A stretch of DNA of 63,126 nucleotides, filler included, from Octopus bimaculoides (GCF_001194135.2; 5 parts of 5 records of this genome joined end to end with filler, not necessarily neighbours in it), one strand, 5' to 3'; counted from the first letter of the whole stretch, positions 40,034 to 52,769 are shown. Numbers and translations: made by a program. The notes: generated by a model not told the origin, from the letters alone.

Positions 40034-40079
40034 CAGTGCTATTTGGGGTGTTATAACTTCCCATTTCCTTCTTATAAAT
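40034..40079 (-). CDS. Candidate 46-nt exon
   Basis: CTTCAG|IYKKEMGSYNTPNST-G|GTAAAA; phase-1 end matches the next candidate exon. Confidence 0.15.
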
Positions 40080-40614
40080 CTGAAGATCCATATTTAATTC
40101 AGAAATTATCATCATCATCATCATCATCATTATCATCACTTTCATGTTTCCACTGCTGTGCTGTACATCAGTGACCCCCAAAATGCCCTAAAAGAGTGAT
40201 CTCTTCTTGATCTTCTTAAATGAACAAAAGTTTCTTGGATGGAGGACAAGCATGGTAGACAGTGAGACAATATAAACTCTTCTCTTTCCTGTTCTCTCTC
40301 TTCAACTTATGTCCTTTCTTCCTACTCTCTTCATTACATCCTTTTGCATTACAAGTTCAGATCCCATCACTGTTTAACTTCACCTTTTATACCTGCAGGG
40401 TCAAGAAATTATCATCAGTCATTTAACTGACACCAGTTTCAAAAATGTATAATCTTGAGTCAATGCTAGAAATAATTACTGTAAAGCCAATTATAATTAA
40501 CTATTTAAATTTTTAGGTTTAAACATCTTGTTTGATGATAGCCTGGTGCCATTCAAATACTGCACACTGAACATATATATACTCTGTATAGTACTATGTA
40601 TTATATCTTAAATA

Positions 40615-40820
40615 GTATGAGGTGGTGAGCTGGCAGAAACATTACTGCCCCAGATAAAATGCTCTGTGGCATTTCTTCCAGCTTTACATCCTGACCTCAA
40701 AAGCCACCAAGTTCAATTTTGCTTTTCAGTTAACTCCTCTCAAAATGGACTTCAGGGTCAATGTAAATGACTTCCCTCTCCCCTCAAAATTGTGGGCCTT
40801 GTTCCAAAATTAGAAACAAT
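40615..40820 (+). mobile_element. CpG-decayed SINE family B
   Basis: Family B body with no CG dinucleotides left. Confidence 0.7.
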
Positions 40821-41667
40821 CCATCCATATGTTATATAGTATGAAATATTATTGGGAATTAAGTAATAGTGTATAGAAAAATATACAAGTTGGTTAAGAC
40901 AGTGTAGTGTATGGCCATAGACTTCAATTAGAATTGATGCTAAGTAGGTGTGTCTGTCTATGCATTATATTTTAAATGCATATGTGCATGTGTGTTGATA
41001 TATTCATGTCCATATGTATGCTTTAACTCATTTGATATCAATCCACCTGACACCAACCTGGATCTTTGATACAAACTTTATTTTAAAATACTCTAAATCG
41101 AAACCAGTCAAAAATTTCATGTTAATTTTTGCTCCAATTACCAATGAAAACAATTGTAGTGTATTTCAATAGAAACATAACAAAAAGGTTAATATTTAAT
41201 ATAATAGTATGTGTACCTCTATAATGTATGTATGTACACAGGCTTTATTATGGAGATAATTAAATATAATGAAATATAAATACTTTAAGGCTATTTCTAA
41301 ATACGCTGACATGTTTCAAAGCATCAAGATATGGAATTAAATCATGCCATATTATTTATAATAGTTCCCAAAATAAGATTGGAGTCAATGAGTTACAACT
41401 AGTGATTTGATCTAACATTTTGCGTTTGGAACTAAAGCAATTACATCATGGTAGAGTCACTGTAGCCATTAAAGAGACACGTGTAGTTCTACACCCTGTG
41501 CAGCTTGTGTGTGTGCGTGTGCACACGCGCATCTGTTTCTATTGAGAATGTTTTCTTTCAGTCTGTTGATGATACAGTTGACCTCATGGATGATTGGAAG
41601 ATGCTAGTTACATAAACCAGTTTACTTTATATATGCAACACACACATACATGCATAAACATAGATTG

Positions 41668-41710
<43 letters not shown>

Positions 41711-42284
41711 NNNNNNNNNNNNNNNNNNNNNNNNNNNNNNNNNNNNNNNNNNNNNNNNNNNNNNNNNNNNNNNNNNNNNNNNNNNNNNNNNNNNNNNNNN
41801 NNNNNNNNNNNNNNNNNNNNNNNNNNNNNNNNNNNNNNNNNNNNNNNNNNNNNNNNNNNNNNNNNNNNNNNNNNNNNNNNNNNNNNNNNNNNNNNNNNNN
41901 NNNNNNNNNNNNNNNNNNNNNNNNNNNNNNNNNNNNNNNNNNNNNNNNNNNNNNNNNNNNNNNNNNNNNNNNNNNNNNNNNNNNNNNNNNNNNNNNNNNN
42001 NNNNNNNNNNNNNNNNNNNNNNNNNNNNNNNNNNNNNNNNNNNNNNNNNNNNNNNNNNNNNNNNNNNNNNNNNNNNNNNNNNNNNNNNNNNNNNNNNNNN
42101 NNNNNNNNNNNNNNNNNNNNNNNNNNNNNNNNNNNNNNNNNNNNNNNNNNNNNNNNNNNNNNNNNNNNNNNNNNNNNNNNNNNNNNNNNNNNNNNNNNNN
42201 NNNNNNNNNNNNNNNNNNNNNNNNNNNNNNNNNNNNNNNNNNNNNNNNNNNNNNNNNNNNNNNNNNNNATATATATATAGTTCC

Positions 42285-42330
42285 CTATCGAATTTATGTA
42301 TTGATCCCAGTCCAATTTATGTAGTGTCCA

Positions 42331-42373
<43 letters not shown>

Positions 42374-44203
42374 TTATGTATAGAGTCCAGTCCAATTTAT
42401 GTAGTGTCCAGTTCAATTCATATATAGTGTTAAGTCTAATTTCTTTATTATCCAACCCAATTTAAGTATACAGTCCAGTCCAATTTTTGTGGTGCCAAAC
42501 ATATATATATATAGTCCAGACTAATTTGTATATTTATTATCTCACTCAATTTATATATAGTGTTCAGTCCAATTTATTTAGTGTTCAGTACATTTTAAGT
42601 TTACCAGCTCCCATCATCTATATATATATTGTGTCCAGTCTAAGTTCAGTCTATTTATGTATAGTAATCAGTCTTATGTGATGTCCAACTCATTTTACCT
42701 GTCGGTATATATGACTATGTGGGTAGGGGTTCAGTCCTGCTGCATGGCATCTCTGGTATGTCTTCTATTCTAACCCCAGGCCATCCAAAGCTATGTGATT
42801 TGATTTGGTAGACAGAAATGGAAAGAAGTCAATCATGGATGCCTCTGTGTGTGTCTTTGATATTACATAATGGTTATAAATAAGTATCACTGTCATACAA
42901 TTGGTGTTCCTTTTTCCAGTCATCCGTAAAAGCATGTCCAGTCATGGGAAAATATTGTCTTGAGGTGAGGTGAGGGTTGGGAACAAGAAGAGCATCCAAC
43001 CACTGAAAATCTACCTCAACAAATTCAGTCTGACCCACACAAGCATGGAACAGTATACATTAAAATGACGTGTGTGTGTGTCTGTGTATATATGTAATGG
43101 TTGTCTACTCCTGTACCTACACCTTAGAACCATCATGGCGTCTGATATGGCTTTTGAAAAGACACCCACATAGATTGCATATCCTATTTGGACCATCAAG
43201 AGCTGCAGTTAAGTTCTGATTTTGTGGATCTTAAAATATCTTTTGAGGCCTCTGTTAGATTTGCATACCTTGTGGCATACATCATCATCATTGTTTTAAC
43301 ATCCACATTTCCACGCTTGCATGGTCAAGTAGGATTTGTTGAAGCAGGTTTTCTATGGCCAGGTGCTGTTCCTGTTACAGATGCTTACCTGTTTGCAAGC
43401 GAGCTAATATTCCCCCCCCCCCCCAACCATCCAGACATGTTTTCATGAAAGACTATGAACAAACAGTAGTTCTTCTATATTGGTAGTGATTGTTTACAAT
43501 TTGTATTCAATGTCAAAACAAGGAGAAAGAAACACACATACGCTCTCTCTCTCTCTTTCTCTCTCTCACATGCACACACTCTCTCACACACACATGCACA
43601 CATACAACTGACTTCTCTTCTCCCTACTAAATTCACTCAAGGCTTTATCAGTCCATGGTTATAGCAGAAGATACTTTTCCAAGGTATGACACTGGTACTA
43701 TACCCCAGATCACATCACTTGTGAAGTGAATTTCTTGACCACACACCATTGTATATATGTGTGTGTGTGTGTGTATATATATATAGGAAGGGCATCCAGC
43801 TGTAGAAACTCTGCCAAATTTAGATTGGAGCCTGGTGTTGCCATCCGGTTTCACCAGTCCTCAGTCAAATCGTCCAACCCATGCTAGCATGGAAAGCGGA
43901 CGTTAAACGATGATGATGATATATATATATATACATACACATACATACATAGTCCAGCTCAGTTAACAGTATTCAGTGTAATTTATTGAAGTTTATCAAC
44001 CCTTATAAACAATATACATCCAGTCCAAATAATTTATGTATAGTGTCCACTTCATTTTATCTTATTTTAACTTTTAAGCCAAGTATAATGTCCACCCCAT
44101 GCTACTTGTATGTGTATATTTATATCCCAGCCCATTTTATTTAGATCTATAATGCACAACCCAGTTTATTTTATGTATATAGTGTCCAGTCCAATTTATT
44201 TAT
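42285..44203. repeat. Degenerate ~22-bp minisatellite (GTCCAGTCCAATTTATGTATAG), split by SINE insertions
   Basis: Units visible at 42285-42700 and 43950-44203. Confidence 0.7.
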
Positions 44204-44338
44204 ATCATCATCATCGTTTAACGTCCGCTTTCCATGCTAGCATGGGTTGGACGATTTGACTGAGGACTGGTGAAACCGGATGGCAACACCAGGCTCCAGT
44301 CTGATTTGGCAGAGTTTCTACAGCTGGATGCCCTTCCT
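43785..44338. mobile_element. Inverted pair of near-identical SINE 3' parts with (GAT)n tails
   Basis: 43785-43920 versus the reverse complement of 44204-44338 differs at about three positions. GGAAGGGCATCCAGCTGTA resembles the conserved motif of DANA/Meta-type SINEs (from memory). Confidence 0.85.
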
Positions 44339-44527
44339 AACGCCAACCACTCAGAGAGTGTAGTGGGTGCTTTTACGTGTCACCCGCACGAAAACGGCCA
44401 CGCTCGAAATGGTGTCTTTTATGTGCCNNNNNNNNNNNNNNNNNNNNNNNNNNNNNNNNNNNNNNNNNNNNTTAATTAATTAANNNNNNNNNNNNNNNNN
44501 NNNNNNNNNNNNNNNNNNNNNNNNNNN

Positions 44528-44559
<32 letters not shown>

Positions 44560-44662
44560 TCTGTGTGTGTGTGTGTGTGTAGTATACTGTTCTGTGATGA
44601 TAAGACAAAAAAAAAAGGTACTCCATCTGGTGAGAGATAAATATTATTTAATAAACACAATA

Positions 44663-44776
44663 TGTGTTTTTATGTGCTACTATTAGTTTCATGTGCTGAG
44701 AACATGCTAGACATGTTTAGAAATACTGTCTGGCATATTCTCAGCACATGACACTAATTGTTGCTCATAAAAACAT
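44663..44776. repeat. Imperfect ~50-bp-arm hairpin with 13-nt loop
   Basis: GTGTTTTTATGTGC..CATGTGCTGAGAACATGCTAGACA pairs with TGTCTGGCATATTCTCAGCACATG..CATAAAAACAT. Confidence 0.8.
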
Positions 44777-46285
44777 CTCCTGTCCTTATTAGATAAATAT
44801 ATACTACCAAATCTACCCATTTACGATGGAGGCATAAAATGAGGGACGGAAGTCATAGCAGCAGTATGTATTGAGAAATGTGTAAATGGACTTGATAGAT
44901 TATTGGGTGATGTCTTAGAGAAATCACATTATTGTTGGTTATGCAACATTCTATTGCAGCTATATGACATGTGTTGGCGACTAAATGACATGTGATGGTG
45001 ATTCACTCCCGAACTGAAATAGGCTCCCAGCCTCTGTAACATGAATGCTTCTGTGGACCACACCTAACAAAAGCCAGACCTTTTTTCGACCACTGCATTA
45101 AAAGTACAAAGAAAAAAATATTATTCAGATATACTTTTATTTTAATTGTTTACACTATTTTACGCTTGTTTATACTCTCATACTTTCTAAGTTCACAAAT
45201 TTCTATATTTAAATTATGAATCATATTCCTTTCGATAATATCAATATGATTACGAAACTTCTTTGTAGACGATATTTTTTGTTTGGTCGACACTAATTTT
45301 CAAATTACTGGAGGTCCGTTGTTCTACTCATAGCAATGTATAACTGGACATGTGTAAACATGGGAGTGGGTAAAAATACAACTACACGATCTAAAGTCTG
45401 GCCCTACGTCTTGTTTGTTGTGAATGTGCGAGCGGAATATTTAGGAATTTGCCATTCTACAATGGAAAATAATGGGATAGTATCGCAAATCTAAACCCTC
45501 TAAATTAACGAACTACGCGGGATGTGGGATCCAGAGTTAATCCTCGTCGGCGGAATTTTAACAAAAAAAAAAAAAATCAAAGGTGATTTATTAATACAAA
45601 GCTTAATATCCACTAAATAATCATACTTTTTCAATTTTTTTTGCGCTAAAAACCTTGCTGGTTAACTCCTTCGTAATCTCGAAAACCACCGTGGCCATGA
45701 AGAGGGCTCAGACAGACAGAATGGACAAAACGCCCATTATAGTGTGTGTATGAGTCGCTAAAATAGTACCAGTTGAGCACTGAGGGGTCGATGTAATCGA
45801 CTTACCACCTCCCCCGTAATTGCTAGCCCTGTGCTAAAATTTGGAACCAGTATTAGAATTAAACAGCTGACTAAAAGCCTGATCCAGTTATGGTTGTTGA
45901 GATGTCACTGCAGTGCAACTAAATAAATGAGTTTCAAAGTTTTGGAGATGTGAGATAATTTGGTAGATTTCAATTCGCTAAATTATTGTGGATTAATATA
46001 CGCACATACACGCGCGCGTGCACGCACAGACATACATAAATACATATACACACAGATACACACACACACACATATAATGTATGGTATATATTATATTATA
46101 TGTCATATGCGTATGTGTATGCATGAGCGTGGATATGTGCTTAAGCTCTTGAGTGTACATCTACTATAATTAAGAAATTGAAACGTATATTAGATTTGAA
46201 AACCTGACAGACTTATGGGGTATATAATACAAATGCAGATATGCACACACGTATCTCTGCATGCATGTATGTGTGTTAGTGCGTG

Positions 46286-46331
<46 letters not shown>

Positions 46332-46674
46332 NNNNNNNNNNNNNNNNNNNNNNNNNNNNNNNNNNNNNNNNNNNNNNNNNNNNNNNNNNNNNNNNNNNNN
46401 NNNNNNNNNNNNNNNNNNNNNNNNNNNNNNNNNNNNNNNNNNNNNNNNNNNNNNNNNNNNNNNNNNNNNNNNNNNNNNNNNNNNNNNNNNNNNNNNNNNN
46501 NNNNNNNNNNNNNNNNNNNNNNNNNNNNNNNNNNNNNNNNNNNNNNNNNNNNNNNNNNNNNNNNNNNNNNNNNNNNNNNNNNNNNAGAGAGAAAGAGAGC
46601 AAGAGAGAAAGAGAGCAAGAGAGAAAGAGAGCAAGAGAGAAAGAGAGCAAGAGAGAAAGAGAGCAAGAGAGAAA

Positions 46675-46706
<32 letters not shown>

Positions 46707-47045
46707 GACAGTGTGTGTGCGTGCGCGCGCGCTTCGGTATCATACGAGGAGCAGATACGAGAACTTCTCTCTTTAATTTTATGGTCAGATTATTGACCAG
46801 TGATTGCAATCAACATATTTATAGTCGCCATGATGACCTTGAGATTCTGGCCAATAATTTTAATTACTTTGTTATCAAGTAAATTGATAAAATCAAAGAT
46901 CGAATGGTCACAAAAGTATACTCTTGGTTTAAGTAGTCCTAAATGACAGAAACCCATTTCATATCAACAGTCCTTCCTACGTCTTAAATTCGCCTTCATT
47001 GGCTTTACTAAACTCTTTGATTCCTCCACTGATTCCAGCATTTAA

Positions 47046-47289
47046 CCCTTTGCCTGCCCAGAGCATTTTCATGCGTTTCTTTTAAAGGTTTGATTCATGC
47101 TTGTCTTCAGACTTTTATTCAGCCCATGTTTCGTACATTCTGAATAATATAAAGCTTCCCTTTTATAAGTTCCAAGGTACTCTGATGGTCGAAAAAAAAA
47201 AAGAATTGGGGAATGTGTATCATATATGATGTATGAACACGGGGGAAATATGTTCTGTTTGTTACATGTTACACAAGACAGGCAAAGGG
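47046..47289. mobile_element. piggyBac-like MITE
   Basis: TTAA-CCCTTTGCCTG ... CAGGCAAAGGG-TAAA; 11-bp TIR, right TSD imperfect. Confidence 0.65.
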
Positions 47290-48061
47290 TAAAAAAAAAA
47301 ATTCAACCGGTTTGGACTATTCCAAAGAATCTCCATTTGATCCGCTTTCAGTTATTGTTCTGGCCGTGGTCTTGTGGTTGTTTAACCCCAGGCCATTCCT
47401 GATCGAGCAGACAGAGCCACGATCAAAGGCTTACCAACCATGACATTCTCACATCGCCTTAAAATAATTTTTAGACATAAAGTATCTAGGGCTATATTAT
47501 CAAATATGTTCTTGCTTTCTTAAGGTGGTAATGTTTTATTCGAGGTGAGATTTGATTGCTAATATGTTAATGTGTTAACCTGCTCATTTTCCTCTTACTT
47601 TCACCCATATAACGCATTTAAGTAACACAGGCTTTAACAATCACTGCAGTGAGGTCGAGCACTGGATAAATGTAAACAAATGTTTTAACGATCTCTGTGG
47701 GTAGGAAAAAAGGGATCGTTCTGGCTGGTTTCGGCTCTATTATACATACCGCTTAACAGGCACTTCACTAAACCAGAATATCTGATTTGCGTATATATAA
47801 CGCTCAACAGGCGGCTACGGTAAATGATTAATCAATGATGTGTTGAAAAGTTGCATCTTATAAATGTGTGCTGGAGTGTCTAAACTGTATAAATTTAAAT
47901 TGTCACTGCTCTCTGTCATGTCATCATTTTACCTCACATCAAAACTTTCCTACTACCAGCGATTATGTAAGCTAGTCTTGTTTTGTGGTCTGACTATCGC
48001 TGACTAAATTGGCCACACCACTCTCGGGCCTCGTTCAACTGTATAGAGTATAGACGGGCAA

Positions 48062-48579
48062 ATGACAAGGCAAATAAAAGTGTTTGTCTACAAGGGTGAA
48101 TGCGCTCAAAAAGGAATTGACGGCATTTCATCAAACCTACAAAGAGGATTCCTTTATGGTTTTATGCTTAACATCGATGGCACTTCTATCTACTCTTATA
48201 TTGGTTGTGTCTTTTTCAGACGTACTGGTCTTGATTTTCCTGATCCAGAGAAATTCTTAGGTGTAAGGATCACTTATGATGACGTAAATCAGTCTTTGGT
48301 CCAACAGTATTACACGGTTCTCAGTCAAAGATGTAGCGCTGCCAAGAAAAACCGAATTCAGCGGACGAAACAGCCGGTGAGTTGAGTAAGTGTGTGAGAA
48401 CTGAACGGATCTGCTTTAGGAACTTATTTTGTTATATGTTACACTTGTTCCTTAATGTATTAAGAGCTGTCTACAGCAACTTTCAACAGATTGAGAGCAT
48501 TCTTAATCGTGTGAGCCAAGGAATGGTGATGTTGCTGATGAAAGAACAGCACCAGGAGAACATTGACAAACTCCTGTAA
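48062..48579 (+). CDS. Candidate two-exon ORF (48062-48376, 48490-48579; 134 aa), unknown product
   Basis: 105 open codons to CCG|GTGAGT, 113-nt intron ending TTTCAACAG|, in-phase IESILNRVSQGMVMLLMKEQHQENIDKLL*; AATAAA at ~48769. Confidence 0.3.
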
Positions 48580-49397
48580 ATTGTAATAATCCGCATTATC
48601 AGCGAGAGCTTCGTCTAGCTACTGCTTTGATAGTTTCTATCGTTTATGGCTAGGCAATGGTATGTCCCTTTCCTCCTTGTCAGTTAATTCCTCGATTTAT
48701 ATCAAAGTCAAGGAGATATTGTCCTTCGCGACATAACTCACATGACCCCCCCTTCTCTGAATAAACCAAGCAACAAATATTATTTTGAAAGCTCGTCATG
48801 AGAGAGGATCAATCCTCTCGTAGAAGTATGAACAACTTTTGAGAAATCAAAAATTCCATAAAGATTGATTCCTAAATAATAAAGCCATATTTGAGGATTA
48901 CAGAAAAAAAAGGGGTGATAAAATATCGAACAGTTGAATAGTGAAAAGCGCTTGACAAAACCTAACATTCGAGGATTTAGGAAATGTGAGGTGCAAGATG
49001 ACTGGCACCAACAAATCGAAGGTGTGTCAAACACATAAGGCACAAATGATAAATAATTGTCTTAAGAATAAATTGGAGAGTTAGTGACTGTACGGAAATC
49101 CATTGTACCTGTTCTTGATTGGTAGATTTAAGTTGTCACCCGACTTAACACCAGATCTGGTGCTTGGGTGGTTCTAGAGGAGTTCACTATGTTTCAAGTA
49201 TCTGAACCAGATATCCGGTTTCTCGCTTCCAGTCTCAAAATCCCTTTAATAAATGTTATTAGTATTATCCTTCTTCTGATTAATCCGGAAAACAATAAAA
49301 TAAAGAGTAATAAAAACAAACACAATCCTTAAAGAAGGAAGAATATTGTAAATAGACTGTTTTCCTTCACTTCTCTTTTTTGTGTTGTACGATTAAC

Positions 49398-49786
49398 GGT
49401 GGAGGCGCAATGGCCCAGTGGTTAGGGCAGCGGACACGCGGTCATAGGATTGCGGTTTCGATTCCCAGACCGGGCGTTGTGAGTGTTTATTGAGCGAAAA
49501 CACCTAAAAGCTCCATGAGGCTCCGGCAGGGGATGGTGGCGAACCCTGCTGTACTCTTTCACCACAACTTTCTCTCACTCTTACTTCCTGTTTCTGTTGT
49601 GCCTGTAATTCAAAGGGTCAGCCTTGTCACACTGTGTCACGCTGAATATCCCCGAGAACTACGTTAAGAGTACACGTGTCTGTGGAGTGCTCAGCCACTT
49701 GCACGTTAATTTCACGAGCAGGCTGTTCCGTTGATCGGATCAACTGGAACCCTCGACGTCGTAAGCGCCGGAGTGCCAACAACAAC
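49398..49786 (+). mobile_element. Full-length young SINE family C (tRNA head, (CAA)n tail) with TSD
   Basis: A box TGGCCCAGTGG, B box GGTTTCGATTCC; GATTAAC duplicated at 49391-49397 and 49787-49793. Confidence 0.9.
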
Positions 49787-49899
49787 GATTAACCAGTATG
49801 CTACTTAGTAGTCCTAAAAGACGGAATGGACAAGGCTGGAACGCATTTGATCCTAAGTCTTCTGTATGAGCGTGTCCTGGGATTATGTAATGACAACAG

Positions 49900-50330
49900 C
49901 AACAATCAACAAGATACATCATTGTGAAAGTAGGCAAAACTGTTTTAGATTGGTAAACAACTATATCCAAGATGACAAACAACGAGAAATAACTGTTACT
50001 TATGTTACACGGATTCAATATTGGCGAGAAACCGATCTAGAGAGGTGAACTAAAGCCACAATAAAAAGAGAAAAAAAAATGAAAAATAAATACACAAAAC
50101 TAATGTGAACCAATAATACTACTCTCTTAGACAAAGAAATAACAAAAAAAAAACCAAAAGAATTCGAGTAATTACGAACTTATAAATATCTAGGCGTCTT
50201 TGAAATTGGTAGATTAAAAACACATTTACCATCGAAAGTAAAAAGTTAGGAAAGAATATTATAGTCACGTCATATTAATAATTAAAACTGAAGAAAATGC
50301 TAAATATAGGGTAATAACTGACCTTGTTGC
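49900..50330 (+). pseudogene. Decayed R4/Dong-type reverse transcriptase fragment
   Basis: DDKQ.E..TKATIKRE..YKYLGVFE..VRKEYYSHV..IKTEENAKY across several frameshifts. Confidence 0.55.
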
Positions 50331-50788
50331 AAATTACAGTAACATTATACTTAAGTTAAAAAAAAAAAAAACTAACGACACACAACAGTGCTACTAATGG
50401 ACAAACTGCGTAATCTAATATTACTAATTAATTGATTAAAAAAATACATTTTGTCGCTAATCAGCAAGTGGAAGAATGTAATATTAGACTGCGTGTTAAT
50501 TTGTGTATGTATATTATTTTTTCATTAGAATATTGTTTGAATTCCTGCAGTTAAAATACCATCTTTCCAATACTAACAAATTAGTAGTATTGGTAAAATG
50601 GTAAGAATATGTAAATAGAGGAAAAGGATTGGAATGCGAAGAAAATAATCGCGGATATGTGGTGCACAGTAAAATCTGATATTGAAAGACTGTGGAGGGC
50701 AAGAACAACAAGAAATTTTTCATAAAATAGCGTTGTATTCTTATAGTACAATGCATAATAGGGAATAAAGTTAAAGAGTCGAAAATAT

Positions 50789-50972
50789 TTAGCGGTTCGG
50801 CAATAGAGATCGATAAAATGTCGCCGTAACTTAGCGGTTCGGCAATGGTGATCGATAAGACGTCCTCGTAACTTAGCGGTTCGGCAATAGAGGTCGATAA
50901 AATGCCGCCGTAACTTAGTGGTTCGGCAATAGATATCGAGAAAATGTCCCCGTATCTTAGCGGTTCGGCAAT
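50789..50972 (+). repeat. 42-bp tandem repeat (~4.4 units) derived from the SINE A tail
   Basis: Unit TTAGCGGTTCGGCAATAGAGATCGATAAAATGTCGCCGTAAC matches SINE A CCCCGTAACTTAGCGGTTCGGCAAAAGAGACCGATAGAA. Confidence 0.9.
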
Positions 50973-51159
50973 GTTACAATTGTATGACGCTCAGCTAGAG
51001 GACTGAGTCCATTCTAACTTGAGGAGGACAGCTACATTGATTTATTTTAAACATCATATACTTCCCATCAAGGACAGTCTTATTGAAGCAGATCTATGAT
51101 GAAAAATATTTCAACCGTAATAATTCCGTATTTTTGCCAAACATAGTAACCGCTTTACT

Positions 51160-51548
51160 CTTTTACTTGTTTCAGTCATTTGACTGTGACCATGCTGGAA
51201 CACCGCCTTTAGTCGAGCAAATCGACCCCAGGACTTATTCTTTGGAAGCCTAGTACTTACTCTATCAGTCTCTTTTTGCCGAACCACTAAGTTATGGGGA
51301 CATAAACACACCACCATCGGTTGTCAAGCGATGGTGGGGGGACAAACACAGACACACAAACACACACACATATATACATATATACGTCGGGCTTCTTCCA
51401 GTTTCTGTCTACCAAATCCACTCAGAAGGTTTTGGTCGGCCCGAGGCTAAAGTAGAAGACACTTGCCCAAGGAGCCACGCAGTGGGACTGAACCCAGAGC
51501 CATGTGGTTGGTAAGCGAGCTACTTACCACACAGCCACTCCTACGCCT
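51160..51548 (-). mobile_element. SINE family A, full length
   Basis: Complete reverse complement, head to tail. Confidence 0.9.
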
Positions 51549-52597
51549 ATCTGTTCATTTTCATTTCTGTAAAGAATAGCTTAGATCTAGAGTTTAATCG
51601 CTGCTTGATTCAGTTATTAAGACGGTCTGGTGTGATTTGAGCGTGTACTAACTGTTATTTCTTCCTCGTTGGCTTTTAAGCAAATAACCTATTGACATAA
51701 ATACAAATATTTAGACATTGCTGTTAATAAACCGTTGTATGACGGCTTTGATCATCTCGTAATTAAAGCTGTAAATTAATTTATAATGATTTGGGATCCG
51801 TCCCTAAAAGTGTGACAGTAGGTGCGGCGTACATACGGTGGTTGTGCTGCTGTTTATAAAAATTATGGTGTTGGTGCTGTTACTGGGAATGGTGTTAGTG
51901 GTGCCGGTGTTACTTAGAATAATAAAAATGGTTGTGGAGGTGATAGTGATAGCGATAATATTGGTGGAAGTGGTGGTGGTAATGTTGGTGGTGGTAAAGA
52001 TGGTAGTGGAGGTGGTGGTGCTGCTGCTGCTGTTGATGCTACTTATGATGGTAATGATGGTGTGGCGGTGGCGGTGGTGGAAGTAGTGATGGTGGTGGTG
52101 NNNNNNNNNNNNNNNNNNNNNNNNNNNNNNNNNNNNNNNNNNNNNNNNNNNNNNNNNNNNNNNNNNNNNNNNNNNNNNNNNNNNNNNNNNNNNNNNNNNN
52201 NNNNNNNNNNNNNNNNNNNNNNNNNNNNNNNNNNNNNNNNNNNNNNNNNNNNNNNNNNNNNNNNNNNNNNNNNNNNNNNNNNNNNNNNNNNNNNNNNNNN
52301 NNNNNNNNNNNNNNNNNNNNNNNNNNNNNNNNNNNNNNNNNNNNNNNNNNNNNNNNNNNNNNNNNNNNNNNNNNNNNNNNNNNNNNNNNNNNNNNNNNNN
52401 NNNNNNNNNNNNNNNNNNNNNNNNNNNNNNNNNNNNNNNNNNNNNNNNNNNNNNNNNNNNNNNNNNNNNNNNNNNNNNNNNNNNNNNNNNNNNNNNNNTG
52501 GTTTTGGTGGTGGTGTTAAGTGTAGTTGGTGGTGATGACATACTTACGAAAGCAGACATGCTTCAAAGTTTTTCCTCTCTTCCTCTCTCCCACCTTT

Positions 52598-52662
<65 letters not shown>

Positions 52663-52769
52663 CTCTCTCTCTCTCCTTTTCTCCTTCTCGAGGCTGCCCA
52701 ACATGTCCTTCGGAAAGACAGTAGAAAGAGATGGAAAGGAAAATCACCAACAGGACAGAATAACTGAAA

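Noticed and set aside
44255-44290. CTGAGGA-ctggt-GAAACCGG as a minimal hammerhead
   Set aside because: No helix II pairing and no U at position 16.1, so there is no cleavage triplet.
49398-49475. tRNA gene
   Set aside because: The tRNA-like head continues into a SINE body, tail and TSD; the same applies to family A and B heads.
50789-50972. CRISPR array
   Set aside because: The putative spacers are similar to each other and match SINE A; no cas genes; eukaryotic context.
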